Source: a candidate division WOR-3 bacterium
GTDB lineage: Bacteria > Hydrothermota > Tepidihabitantia > Tepidihabitantales > JAOUPE01
Reading direction: 5' to 3'
Assembly (NCBI GenBank): GCA_039801565.1
Contig: JBDRUX010000001.1
Location: 1-64,000, forward strand
DNA length: 64,000 nt
Below the pieces are notes generated by a model that did not search any database, was not told where the DNA came from, and saw only the letters and a list, made by a program, of their open reading frames with translations. The translations under genes and the position numbers were made by a program. This document shows, piece after piece, positions 10,319-18,990 of the stretch; position 1 is the stretch's first letter; every line of letters starts with the position of its first letter.

Positions 10319-10417
10319 ATAAACATAATACCCCAGAAGCAGAATCTTGGCAATAATTTTATTCGCTAAGCAAATGTTCGTTACCAATTTTTTCGAAATG
10401 AATTAATTTACAATGGA

Positions 10418-11986
10418 TTGAAAATTGTTATATTAAATATTGTGAAACTGGATTTAGTGGTAAAAGCTTCTGCCAAGACCAAGACCCTCGCTAAGACTAA
10501 TGACAAAATAGAATTCTTGAGCAGTTTTCTTAAAACCGTTTCCAAATCCGAAGGCAAGTTAACGGTTGGTTTGCTTTTGGGCGAAAATCCTTATGGCAAA
10601 ATTGGTATCGGCTGGGTAACCCTAAAGGAATCTTTACCCACAAACTATTCAACAAAATCCGAAGTCGAAATCAAAGATTTAGATTCAACCTTGAACCAAC
10701 TGGCGTTAATCAAAGGAAAAGAAAGTACCAAAGCAAGGTTAGAGATATTGACCAATTTCTTCAGTCGAATCACTAAAGAAGAAGCTAATTTCTTGTTCGA
10801 TTTCTTCATTGGTGAAATAAGACAAGGTGCCGGTAAAGGAATTTTAATCAAGGCTTTGGCAAAAGCGTTTGGGATTGACCAGGCGGAATTAGAAAGAATT
10901 GCGCTCTTTTATGGTAATTTTTTGGATTTGGTGGATAAACTCTACCAATATGGTGGCAAGATTGCCCGTTCTTTAGGATTTCAAATTTTCACTCCCATTC
11001 AGCCCATGCTGGCGGAAAATTGCGAGACGGTAAGAGAAGTATTTGATTTGGCGCCAGGGCGATGGGCATTTGAATACAAATTGGATGGCGCAAGATTACA
11101 GATTCATAAACAGGGCGAACAGATAAAAATATTTTCCCGACATCTGAAAGATATTACCCATAAATTACCGGAAGTGGTTGAGTTGGTGAAGAACCATATG
11201 CCCGAATCAATCGTTTTAGAAGCTGAATGTGTAATTTTGGACAAAAATGGCAAGACAATCCCTTTTCAGAATTTTATGCGCCGATTTGGCAAGAAAAATT
11301 TTGCTCCGCCAACCCATTTGGTTACCCCCTTATTTTTTGATATCCTTTATTTTGACTCGCATCTCTTAATTGATTTGCCTTATGAAGAACGTTATCGAAT
11401 TTTAAGAACCGTGGCGGGTAAAAATCTCATTGACCGGACTGTCACCGATAATGAACAACAAGCCGAAGCCTTTCTTAAGCAAGCGGTGGCTCTGGGCAAT
11501 GAAGGGTTGATGGCGAAAAGATTAGATGTACCTTATCTTTTGGGCAGTCGCGGTAAAGGTTGGTTGAAATTAAAACCCTATGAGACATTAGATTTAGTCA
11601 TAACCGCTGCGGATTGGGGCCACGGTCGAAGAACCGGCTGGCTTTCCAACTACCACTTAGCCGCTTATGACAAAAAGACCGGTAACTTTTTGCCCTTGGG
11701 TAAAACTTTCAAGGGCCTTACCGATGAAGAACTGGCTAGAATAACCAAGGCATTGCAGGAGATTAAAATTGCTCAAGATAAATATACGGTTTATGTCCAA
11801 CCCAAAATTGTAGTTGAAGTTGCCTTCAATGACATTCAGGTCAGTCCTTTCTATGCATCAGGATTTGCTTTGAGATTCGCGCGCATCAAAAAGATTCGTT
11901 TTGATAAATCAGTGCCGGAGGCAAATACACTGGATGATGTGATTAGGATTTATGAACAACAACAGGCAAGAAAGGGTAAGATTTGA
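10418..11986 (+). CDS. ATP-dependent DNA ligase (archaeal/LigB-type)
   Basis: PIQPMLA, EYKLDGARLQIH, EGLMAK, WLKLK, LRFARIKKIRFDK; start may be GTG 10442. Confidence 0.93.
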   Translation: MKIVILNIVKLDLVVKASAKTKTLAKTNDKIEFLSSFLKTVSKSEGKLTVGLLLGENPYGKIGIGWVTLKESLPTNYSTKSEVEIKDLDSTLNQLALIKGKESTKARLEILTNFFSRITKEEANFLFDFFIGEIRQGAGKGILIKALAKAFGIDQAELERIALFYGNFLDLVDKLYQYGGKIARSLGFQIFTPIQPMLAENCETVREVFDLAPGRWAFEYKLDGARLQIHKQGEQIKIFSRHLKDITHKLPEVVELVKNHMPESIVLEAECVILDKNGKTIPFQNFMRRFGKKNFAPPTHLVTPLFFDILYFDSHLLIDLPYEERYRILRTVAGKNLIDRTVTDNEQQAEAFLKQAVALGNEGLMAKRLDVPYLLGSRGKGWLKLKPYETLDLVITAADWGHGRRTGWLSNYHLAAYDKKTGNFLPLGKTFKGLTDEELARITKALQEIKIAQDKYTVYVQPKIVVEVAFNDIQVSPFYASGFALRFARIKKIRFDKSVPEANTLDDVIRIYEQQQARKGKI

Positions 11987-12041
11987 ACGAAACTTCTATA
12001 GATAAGGGTGATAAATTTAGAATTTAAACTCGGAGGCGATT

Positions 12042-12374
12042 ATGCGAAATAAACAAGGAGACCTTAAAACGCAGGTAAAAAGGCTAATCAACTTAGCCGA
12101 TTACCAAACCGACTCAATTGTGAGTCGAACTTTAATAGATAAAAAGAATGGAACCGTCACATTTTTTGCCTTTGCTGAAGGTCAAGCACTGAGTGAACAT
12201 ACGGCACCATTTGATGCTTTAGCTTATATCCTTGATGGCAAAGCCGAGTTTAAAATCTCAGATAAACTTTTTCAATTAAGTGCGGGTGATATGATAATTA
12301 TGCCCGCCAATGAACCGCATTCCCTGAAAGCCAAGCAACGGTTCAAGATGCTTTTGGTTATGATTCGGTCATAA
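12042..12374 (+). CDS. Cupin domain protein
   Basis: FAFAEGQALSEHTAPFDA...IIMPANEPHSL. Confidence 0.88.
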   Translation: MRNKQGDLKTQVKRLINLADYQTDSIVSRTLIDKKNGTVTFFAFAEGQALSEHTAPFDALAYILDGKAEFKISDKLFQLSAGDMIIMPANEPHSLKAKQRFKMLLVMIRS

Positions 12375-12394
12375 ACTCGTTTTCATCACAAATA

Positions 12395-13021
12395 ATGAAG
12401 GATTTTATCTATCCAAAAGCAAATGAAGCAAACCGCATAATCCGGCTTATTGCTTCGGTGATGACAGAGGACCCTTTAAATATTTATTTCTTGCCGGATG
12501 CAGAACAGCGAAAAAAGTTATTATTTTATCTCTATCAACCCATCATCCGGTCTGGTATCCAAAACCGCTACCTATTTATTACTTCTAAAAAGTGTGAAGG
12601 GACAGCGCTCTGGCTGCCACCTCAAGTTAAAGAGATTAATTTTTTTCATCAATTGTTGTACGGCGGGCTAGCGGTTTTTACGAAAATTGGACTAAAGGCA
12701 ATCCACCGAATGATAAATTACCAAAAGTTTTGTCGAATTTTGCGAGAACGGTACGCTCCGTTCCCACATTGGTATTTAATGTTGATTGCAGTTGCAAAAG
12801 AATGGCAAGGTAAAGGATTTGCGTCCCAATTAGTTAAACCGATATTACACCAAGCCGATTTAGAAAAGAGGTATTGTTACTTAGAGACCCAAAACGAAGA
12901 AAATCTGCCAATCTATGAACATTTCGGTTTTGAGGTAGTAGCGGAGAGAGCAATACCTGACACCAGCATAAGGCATTGGTGCTTACTCCGAAACCCAAAT
13001 TCCGCTAATGCGGTAGAATAG
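12395..13021 (+). CDS. GNAT family N-acetyltransferase
   Basis: HWYLMLIAV..QGKGFAS, YLETQNEENLPIYEHFGF. Confidence 0.88.
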   Translation: MKDFIYPKANEANRIIRLIASVMTEDPLNIYFLPDAEQRKKLLFYLYQPIIRSGIQNRYLFITSKKCEGTALWLPPQVKEINFFHQLLYGGLAVFTKIGLKAIHRMINYQKFCRILRERYAPFPHWYLMLIAVAKEWQGKGFASQLVKPILHQADLEKRYCYLETQNEENLPIYEHFGFEVVAERAIPDTSIRHWCLLRNPNSANAVE

Positions 13022-13133
13022 AAGGCAAAAGCGGAAATTTGCCCGAATCGGCTAATTCCTTTTTACTTCAATTAAATTATGATTTGCCTAAGATATGCCT
13101 GATTTGGGCTGTTAGGATAAAATAGTTTAATTT

Positions 13134-13526
13134 TTATAAAAACTTCGGTTCGCCGATCTTTGGGTGTTTATGCTTTTTATTCTTTTTAAGCCAATTTAGG
13201 GCTTCCATATTGCGTTTGTCCTTCTTTGACCACTCTACCAGTCTTTCACAAGGGAACTCATGACATTCATTACAAAAATCTAATCCCTTCTCATCGAAAC
13301 AGCACTTGAGGATTAAACAATTGGCTGACCAATGGGATTCACGGTCTCCCCGGCAGCCATAACAGCGAACATCGCGGGGGTCAACATAAAGATTGTTCAC
13401 TTTTTTCATCCAATTGGCAAGTTGTTCCGCTAAAATAGGATTGGTGGCGGCAGCGTAAATTTCGCATTGGCTGCAATCTAAACCGCAACACCCAATGAGA
13501 TGAAAATCTTGCTTCATATCTACCAC
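13134..13526 (-). CDS. DUF3795-like Cys-rich protein
   Basis: CCGLDCSQC, CYGCR, CLILKCC, FCNECHEFPC. Confidence 0.8.
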   Translation of the reverse strand: MVDMKQDFHLIGCCGLDCSQCEIYAAATNPILAEQLANWMKKVNNLYVDPRDVRCYGCRGDRESHWSANCLILKCCFDEKGLDFCNECHEFPCERLVEWSKKDKRNMEALNWLKKNKKHKHPKIGEPKFL

Positions 13527-13714
13527 CCCATTTAATTATTCTGTTTGCTAATGTACCGATAATTCCAATAATAAGGCATAGTCCCTTGTTATGATTAACT
13601 CTGAGACAATATTAAAGCTAATTTAGGAAATAGTCAATAGTTGTTTTAAAATATTTTTGTCAATCTTGACTTAATACAAATAATTCGGTAAAAATAGTTC
13701 AAATAGGAGGAACA

Positions 13715-14191
13715 ATGGCAAAAGTTTTAATTATCTATTACAGTTCGACAGGTAATACCAAGAAAATGGCAAATTATGTTGCCGAAGGCGTGAAGAAAGA
13801 AAAAGTGGAAGTTATCCTGAAACCAGTCTCTGAGATAAAGCCCGAGGATTTATTAAACTATGAAGGAATAATCATTGGTTCACCAACTTACTATGGAGGC
13901 GCAGCCGCTCCGATACGAGATTTAATTGATAAAAGTGTCAAATTTCATGGTAAACTGGAAGGCAAGGTGGGCGGTGCTTTCACCTCCTCGGGTTGCATCG
14001 GCGGCGGTAATGAAACAACAATTCTTTCAATTCTTACTGCTATGTTGATTCACGGCATGATAATTCAAGGCACCAGTGACAACGACCATTATGGACCAGT
14101 GGCAATTGGCGCACCGGATAAAAGAGCCAAAGCGAATTGTGTTGCTTTGGGCGAACGGGTAGCAAAATTGGTGAAAAAACTATCCACCTAA
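13715..14191 (+). CDS. Flavodoxin-like NAD(P)H-dependent oxidoreductase (WrbA-like)
   Basis: YYSSTGNTKKMA, IIGSPTYYG, GKVGGAFTSSG. Confidence 0.88.
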   Translation: MAKVLIIYYSSTGNTKKMANYVAEGVKKEKVEVILKPVSEIKPEDLLNYEGIIIGSPTYYGGAAAPIRDLIDKSVKFHGKLEGKVGGAFTSSGCIGGGNETTILSILTAMLIHGMIIQGTSDNDHYGPVAIGAPDKRAKANCVALGERVAKLVKKLST

Positions 14192-14262
14192 GGCAAAACT
14201 AATTACAATTCGATACCATCCCAAAAGGGATTGCAATTAATCTGACTAAAGAGAGCCAGTGA

Positions 14263-15414
14263 TTAAAAAAGTTTGCCTTTTAGTAGTTCCCGGGCAATTA
14301 CTAACCTTTGGATTTGGTTGGTTCCTTCATAAATTTGAGTGATTTTAGCATCGCGCATCATCTTTTCCACCGGATAATCCTTCATATAACCGTAGCCGCC
14401 AAAGATTTGGACCGCATCAATTGTCACTTCCATTGCGACATCGGATGCGAATAATTTTGCCATTGACGAATAACCAGCAATGTCTTTTGCCCCGGAATCA
14501 GCATGCCGGGCGGCCGCATAAACTAAGGCTCGAGCGGCTTCAATCTTTGTCGCCATATCGGCTAACATAAACTGAATTCCTTCCAGAGCAGAGATGGGAG
14601 CTCCAAATTGAACCCGGTTCAGAGCATATTCGGTGGCTGCTTCCAAGGCGCCTTGCGCAATCCCCACCGCTTGTGCCCCCACCCCGGGCCGGGTTCGGTC
14701 AAAGGTGCGCATTGCAATGACAAAACCAGCGCCTTCGGGTCCGATACGATTTTCCACCGGAATTCGACAATCTTCAAAGATGAGTTCCGCAGTTATGCTG
14801 GCGCGGATACCCAATTTATTCTCCCGGCGCCCGAATTTAAAACCCGGGGTACCTTTTTCGACGATAAAGGCCGAAAGTCCCCGACCACCTTTACTTTTAT
14901 CGGTTGAGGCGATTATCGTATAAAGATGAGCGACTTCGCCATTAGTGATGAAATGTTTTCGGCCATTCAACACATAATAGTTGCCGTCTCTTACCGCAGT
15001 GGTCTCAATACTAGCTGCATCGGAACCGGCATTAGGTTCAGTGATTCCAAATGCCCCGATCCATTCACCCGATGCCATTTTGGGCAGAATCCTTCGTTTC
15101 TGTTCTTCGTCGGCTGCCAGAATTATTGGGTAAGCAGCCAGTCCATTGGCAGCATAACAGACACCAACACCACCACAGATTCGGGAGATTTCTTCCACTA
15201 CCAGGCACATCTCAAATACACCACCGCCACTGCCACCATATTCTTCGGGAATATACACACCCAAAAAACCGGCTTTAGCAAATTCTTGCATTATCTCGTA
15301 GGGAAACTCGCCTTTTTCATCCAGTTGAGCCCGAACCGGTTTAACCTTCTCCTCGGCAATTTTTCGGGCTAAATTCTTAATCGTTTTTTGTTCCTCAGTT
15401 AAAAAATATTCCAT
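14263..15414 (-). CDS. Acyl-CoA dehydrogenase
   Basis: FGITEPNAGSDA, KLGIRAS, QIFGGYGY, IYEGTNQIQR. Confidence 0.95.
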   Translation of the reverse strand: MEYFLTEEQKTIKNLARKIAEEKVKPVRAQLDEKGEFPYEIMQEFAKAGFLGVYIPEEYGGSGGGVFEMCLVVEEISRICGGVGVCYAANGLAAYPIILAADEEQKRRILPKMASGEWIGAFGITEPNAGSDAASIETTAVRDGNYYVLNGRKHFITNGEVAHLYTIIASTDKSKGGRGLSAFIVEKGTPGFKFGRRENKLGIRASITAELIFEDCRIPVENRIGPEGAGFVIAMRTFDRTRPGVGAQAVGIAQGALEAATEYALNRVQFGAPISALEGIQFMLADMATKIEAARALVYAAARHADSGAKDIAGYSSMAKLFASDVAMEVTIDAVQIFGGYGYMKDYPVEKMMRDAKITQIYEGTNQIQRLVIARELLKGKLF

Positions 15415-15433
15415 TTTGCTCCTTTCTTTCTCT

Positions 15434-16489
15434 TCAATTTAATCTTGCCTTAATATCGTCGGCGACTTTTTCTAAACTTTCAAAAATGACCGCAGCAATT
15501 CTTTCAAAAACGGACAAAGGTTGACCAACTGGGTCTTCGATTTCTTCTTGTTGTCCAAAAGCATACTCTTTTAAGAGAAATGTCTTCACATCTGCTTCGG
15601 GAACCAATTCGAGAACGGCATCTTTGTGTTTTGGCGACATCACTAATATGAGGTCGGCGTGGTCAATCAATTCTTTCGTCAACGGCGCTGATAAATGATT
15701 GCTAATGTCGGCACCATATTTTTGAACTGCCTTGATGGCAAATTCCGAAGGCAAGTTGCCCGCCCCGGCAATTGTTCCTGCGGAATAGACAAAGACATTT
15801 TGGTTCTCTAACATCTTTTCTAAGATTCCTTTTGCCATTGGACTACGACAAGAATTGCCGGAACAGACAAATAAGACCGAAAAATAAATGCCCCTGCCCA
15901 ATTTTATCCTTCTCCCTAATACCTTTTCAATAGCGAGTATGGGAATTGCGCCTTTGCGGATAATAATTGGGATGGCTGAAGACAAATCGAGTATGGTTGA
16001 TAATAAGCGTTTCTTCAAGTCAGTTTCGATATATAAAGCTAATCGGTCTCGGTACTGGTTTAGCCAATCCGACTCTTCGTTCTCAATAAAGTAGATTGGA
16101 GTTTTTATTTGGGCTAAGATTTTTGTAATTAACTCGGAGCTTGTGATTTGGATTCCGATTTTGCCATTGAGGGCAGGGATAATCGCAATAAGTGGCGATG
16201 AAGAAAAATGGTCAAGAATTTTTCGAGCCAGCTCATTCAATTGTTCATAAGGGACTTCTGATTTTATAACAAATTGGGCCGGCTCGACTTTTTGATTATC
16301 ATTTAAAATATCACCAGTTGGAATCGACATCAGACGACCCGGATTGGTGCTGGCAAAGACATAGTTAAATTCGGTAGGTAAGAGAACAATATTTTCTTGT
16401 AAACTTTTTATCGTTTGGTCAATAACGGTTTTGGTGATTTTACCTTTCAGTTTAATTCTTTTCAAGGCGGAAAATTCCTTTATCACCAA
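15434..16489 (-). CDS. Degenerate Sua5/YrdC-like domain fused to low-molecular-weight protein (Tyr/Arg) phosphatase
   Basis: N-half LLPTEFNY and STILDLS..PIIIRKGAI; C-half FVCSGNSCRSPMA P-loop and EIEDPVG. Confidence 0.8.
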   Translation of the reverse strand: MVIKEFSALKRIKLKGKITKTVIDQTIKSLQENIVLLPTEFNYVFASTNPGRLMSIPTGDILNDNQKVEPAQFVIKSEVPYEQLNELARKILDHFSSSPLIAIIPALNGKIGIQITSSELITKILAQIKTPIYFIENEESDWLNQYRDRLALYIETDLKKRLLSTILDLSSAIPIIIRKGAIPILAIEKVLGRRIKLGRGIYFSVLFVCSGNSCRSPMAKGILEKMLENQNVFVYSAGTIAGAGNLPSEFAIKAVQKYGADISNHLSAPLTKELIDHADLILVMSPKHKDAVLELVPEADVKTFLLKEYAFGQQEEIEDPVGQPLSVFERIAAVIFESLEKVADDIKARLN

Positions 16490-17723
16490 TATCGGTTCGG
16501 TAATAGATGCCTTCGAATTTTATTTGCTTTAGTGCTTGATAAGCCTTTGTCTTAGCTTGGCGTAGCGTAGCGCCAATGCCAGTGACACCTAATACCCTTC
16601 CTCCGGCGGTATAGAATTTATTGTTTTTCCTTTCCGTCCCAGCATGAAAAATGAGGACGTCGTTTTGATTGGTGAGATTACCAGTTATTTCTTTCCCTTT
16701 TTCGTATTTGCCAGGATAGCCGGCTGCTGCGGCAACTACACAGAGCGCATAACCTTCCTGCCATTTTATTTCCCAACTGGCTAAATTACCGTTGATGGTC
16801 GCAAACATAATTTCGGTTAAATCTGAAGTCAGAAGGGGCAAAATCGCTTGAGTTTCCGGGTCACCAAAACGACAATTAAATTCCAAGACATAGGGTTCAC
16901 CTTGAGTTATCATAATCCCAGCATAGATGACACCACGATATTCAATGCTCTCCTGCTGGAATGCTTTTAAGAGCGGGGTGAATATCTTTTTCTCAATTTT
17001 TTTTATTAACTCTTCGTTAACCACCGGGGCTGGGGCATAGGCACCCATCCCACCAGTATTGGGACCTTGGTCGCCGTCAAGCAAGGGTTTGTGGTCTTGG
17101 GAAGGAATAAGGGCTTTAATCGTTTTGCCATCAGTAAGGGCGATAATTGAGGCTTCTTCACCTTTTAGATATTGTTCAATAATAATAACCTCACCGGCTT
17201 TGCCAAACTCTTTTTGCACCAAGGCACGTTCGATGGCACTAAATGCCGATTCTTTTGTTAAACAAACCATCGCTCCTTTGCCAGCCGCCAACCCTGATAC
17301 CTTAACGACAATTGGTGTGGTTTGCGTTTCGATATAGTTTTTGGCTGATTTTTCATCAGTGAAGATTTCAAACGGTGCGGTAGGGATATTATATTTTTGC
17401 ATTAATTCTTTGGCAAATTTTTTTTCTCCTTCCAGACGCGCCGCTGCTTTTGGGGGACCAAAAATTGGTATCCGATTCTTTTGGAATTCATCAACAATGC
17501 CTAACACTAAAGGCGCTTCAGGTCCAACCACTACCAAATCAACTTTTAATTGAGTGGCTAATCTTAAAAGGGCTGGGATGTCTTCGGAATTTACCTTTTC
17601 ACACTGAGCCAACTGAGCAATACCGCCGTTACCCGGAGCACAATAGATTTCATTTTCTGCTTGGCTAAGTTTCCATACCAAAGCGTGTTCGCGGCCCCCG
17701 CCGCCAATCACTAAAATTTTCAT
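16452..17723 (-). CDS. purD: Phosphoribosylamine-glycine ligase
   Basis: MKILVIGGGGREHAL, VVVGPEAPL, GPNTGGMGAY, EFNCRFGDPETQ. Confidence 0.97.
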   Translation of the reverse strand: MKILVIGGGGREHALVWKLSQAENEIYCAPGNGGIAQLAQCEKVNSEDIPALLRLATQLKVDLVVVGPEAPLVLGIVDEFQKNRIPIFGPPKAAARLEGEKKFAKELMQKYNIPTAPFEIFTDEKSAKNYIETQTTPIVVKVSGLAAGKGAMVCLTKESAFSAIERALVQKEFGKAGEVIIIEQYLKGEEASIIALTDGKTIKALIPSQDHKPLLDGDQGPNTGGMGAYAPAPVVNEELIKKIEKKIFTPLLKAFQQESIEYRGVIYAGIMITQGEPYVLEFNCRFGDPETQAILPLLTSDLTEIMFATINGNLASWEIKWQEGYALCVVAAAAGYPGKYEKGKEITGNLTNQNDVLIFHAGTERKNNKFYTAGGRVLGVTGIGATLRQAKTKAYQALKQIKFEGIYYRTDIGDKGIFRLEKN

Positions 17724-17867
17724 TGGGACTAATTTAGTCAAAAATTGACAATTGTCAAGAAAAGATAGGTCGAAAAGTTAAAATTAACTAAATAATTAGA
17801 GGCACAATAAGTGAATAATAAATATTTAGGCAGTATTATATTATACTGAACTCATTTTCAGTTGAAT

Positions 17868-17942
17868 TTGAAAGGAATCAAGCCAGGAATTTATTTCTTG
17901 CAATTTGGCACCGAGACCAAAAAGTTTCTGGTTATAAGATGA
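17868..17942 (+). pseudogene. Orphan 3' end of a sorting-domain gene
   Basis: Encodes LKGIKPGIYFLQFGTETKKFLVIR*; near-identical to 21082-21156. Confidence 0.8.
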
Positions 17943-18245
17943 AATGAACTCCAACTGCTGTCGGGGCAAAGACTGCTTAAGTTAAATTGGTGCTTGATAA
18001 AAATCAAAATGAATCTATAATATAATTGAGTAGTGATATGTCACTAATAAAAGCTCTCTCTCAAGGATAAATCTTTCCAATCTTTAACAAAATTTAGCCG
18101 GTTCCATAATTCAAAGCGGTTATTTATTGTTCACTCTGGAATCGGTTTTGTTTGGAAAAGGTTTTCGCGGCTGGTTAGAAACCTTTCCGAATTTTATTTT
18201 TACCAGCCCTTGACAAATGTCAAAAGATTCTTAAAGTAGAAGGAG

Positions 18246-18917
18246 GTGATAAAGATGCATTGCCGGCTTTTAGCTTCTACCCTGCTAATAATCTCAATTT
18301 CATTGCTGACTGCTTTTTCGGATGAGTTGCACTATTATTATATCTGCTCAGCCAATAATCCGCAATTTCCTGACCTCAAGGATGCTGTTTGCATTCTCGA
18401 AACTAATAACTCATTAGAACAAATCCCACCGGGCTTTTTACCAACGACTAAAGAACAGATTCATAGAATGGGTTACAAGACACCAAGTGAAGCGAAAGCC
18501 GATGCGGAGGCAATTTCACCACCTGACCAACCCTGCGGTTCATTTATTGACTGTTGGATTGGCAAAGAAACACCTGATTCGATTCGTGGTCGAAGTGGCG
18601 GTATAATACCTGAGCCTGACCAAAAATTTGTTGCCTGCGGTGGTTGGACAGAAGCGACACAAAGTGATACAGCAATTGGTTTAAGAGGTGTAACACGATG
18701 TAACGGTGAAGTGTGCAATTGGTTTCCTCTTGTGGGCCCGGTACCTCCTCCACCTCCACCATACTGGGTAGTACGTGCCTCGTACGGTGACATCATAATT
18801 TATGCTTATACTTGCCATTACAAATTAAGCCTTTCATTCTTATGGGCGCAAGGCTGTGACCACAAGTGGTTACCAAGCGGTAATGAGACAAGTACTGGAC
18901 AAACTCGACGTTTCTGA
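18246..18917 (+). CDS. Hypothetical secreted Cys-rich protein
   Basis: AAGGAGG RBS, signal-peptide-like N-terminus, many Cys, poly-Pro tract; TTGACA upstream. Confidence 0.7.
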   Translation: MIKMHCRLLASTLLIISISLLTAFSDELHYYYICSANNPQFPDLKDAVCILETNNSLEQIPPGFLPTTKEQIHRMGYKTPSEAKADAEAISPPDQPCGSFIDCWIGKETPDSIRGRSGGIIPEPDQKFVACGGWTEATQSDTAIGLRGVTRCNGEVCNWFPLVGPVPPPPPPYWVVRASYGDIIIYAYTCHYKLSLSFLWAQGCDHKWLPSGNETSTGQTRRF

Positions 18918-18934
18918 ATTATTTTTCAAAGAGT

Positions 18935-18971
18935 TACGGGGAGAGGTTAAATTTTTTTTCCTCTCCCCGTA
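18935..18971 (+). terminator. Intergenic stem-loop
   Basis: tacggggagagg / cctctccccgta 12-bp perfect stem. Confidence 0.6.
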
Positions 18972-18990
18972 TGGAACAAACTGAAATTTT

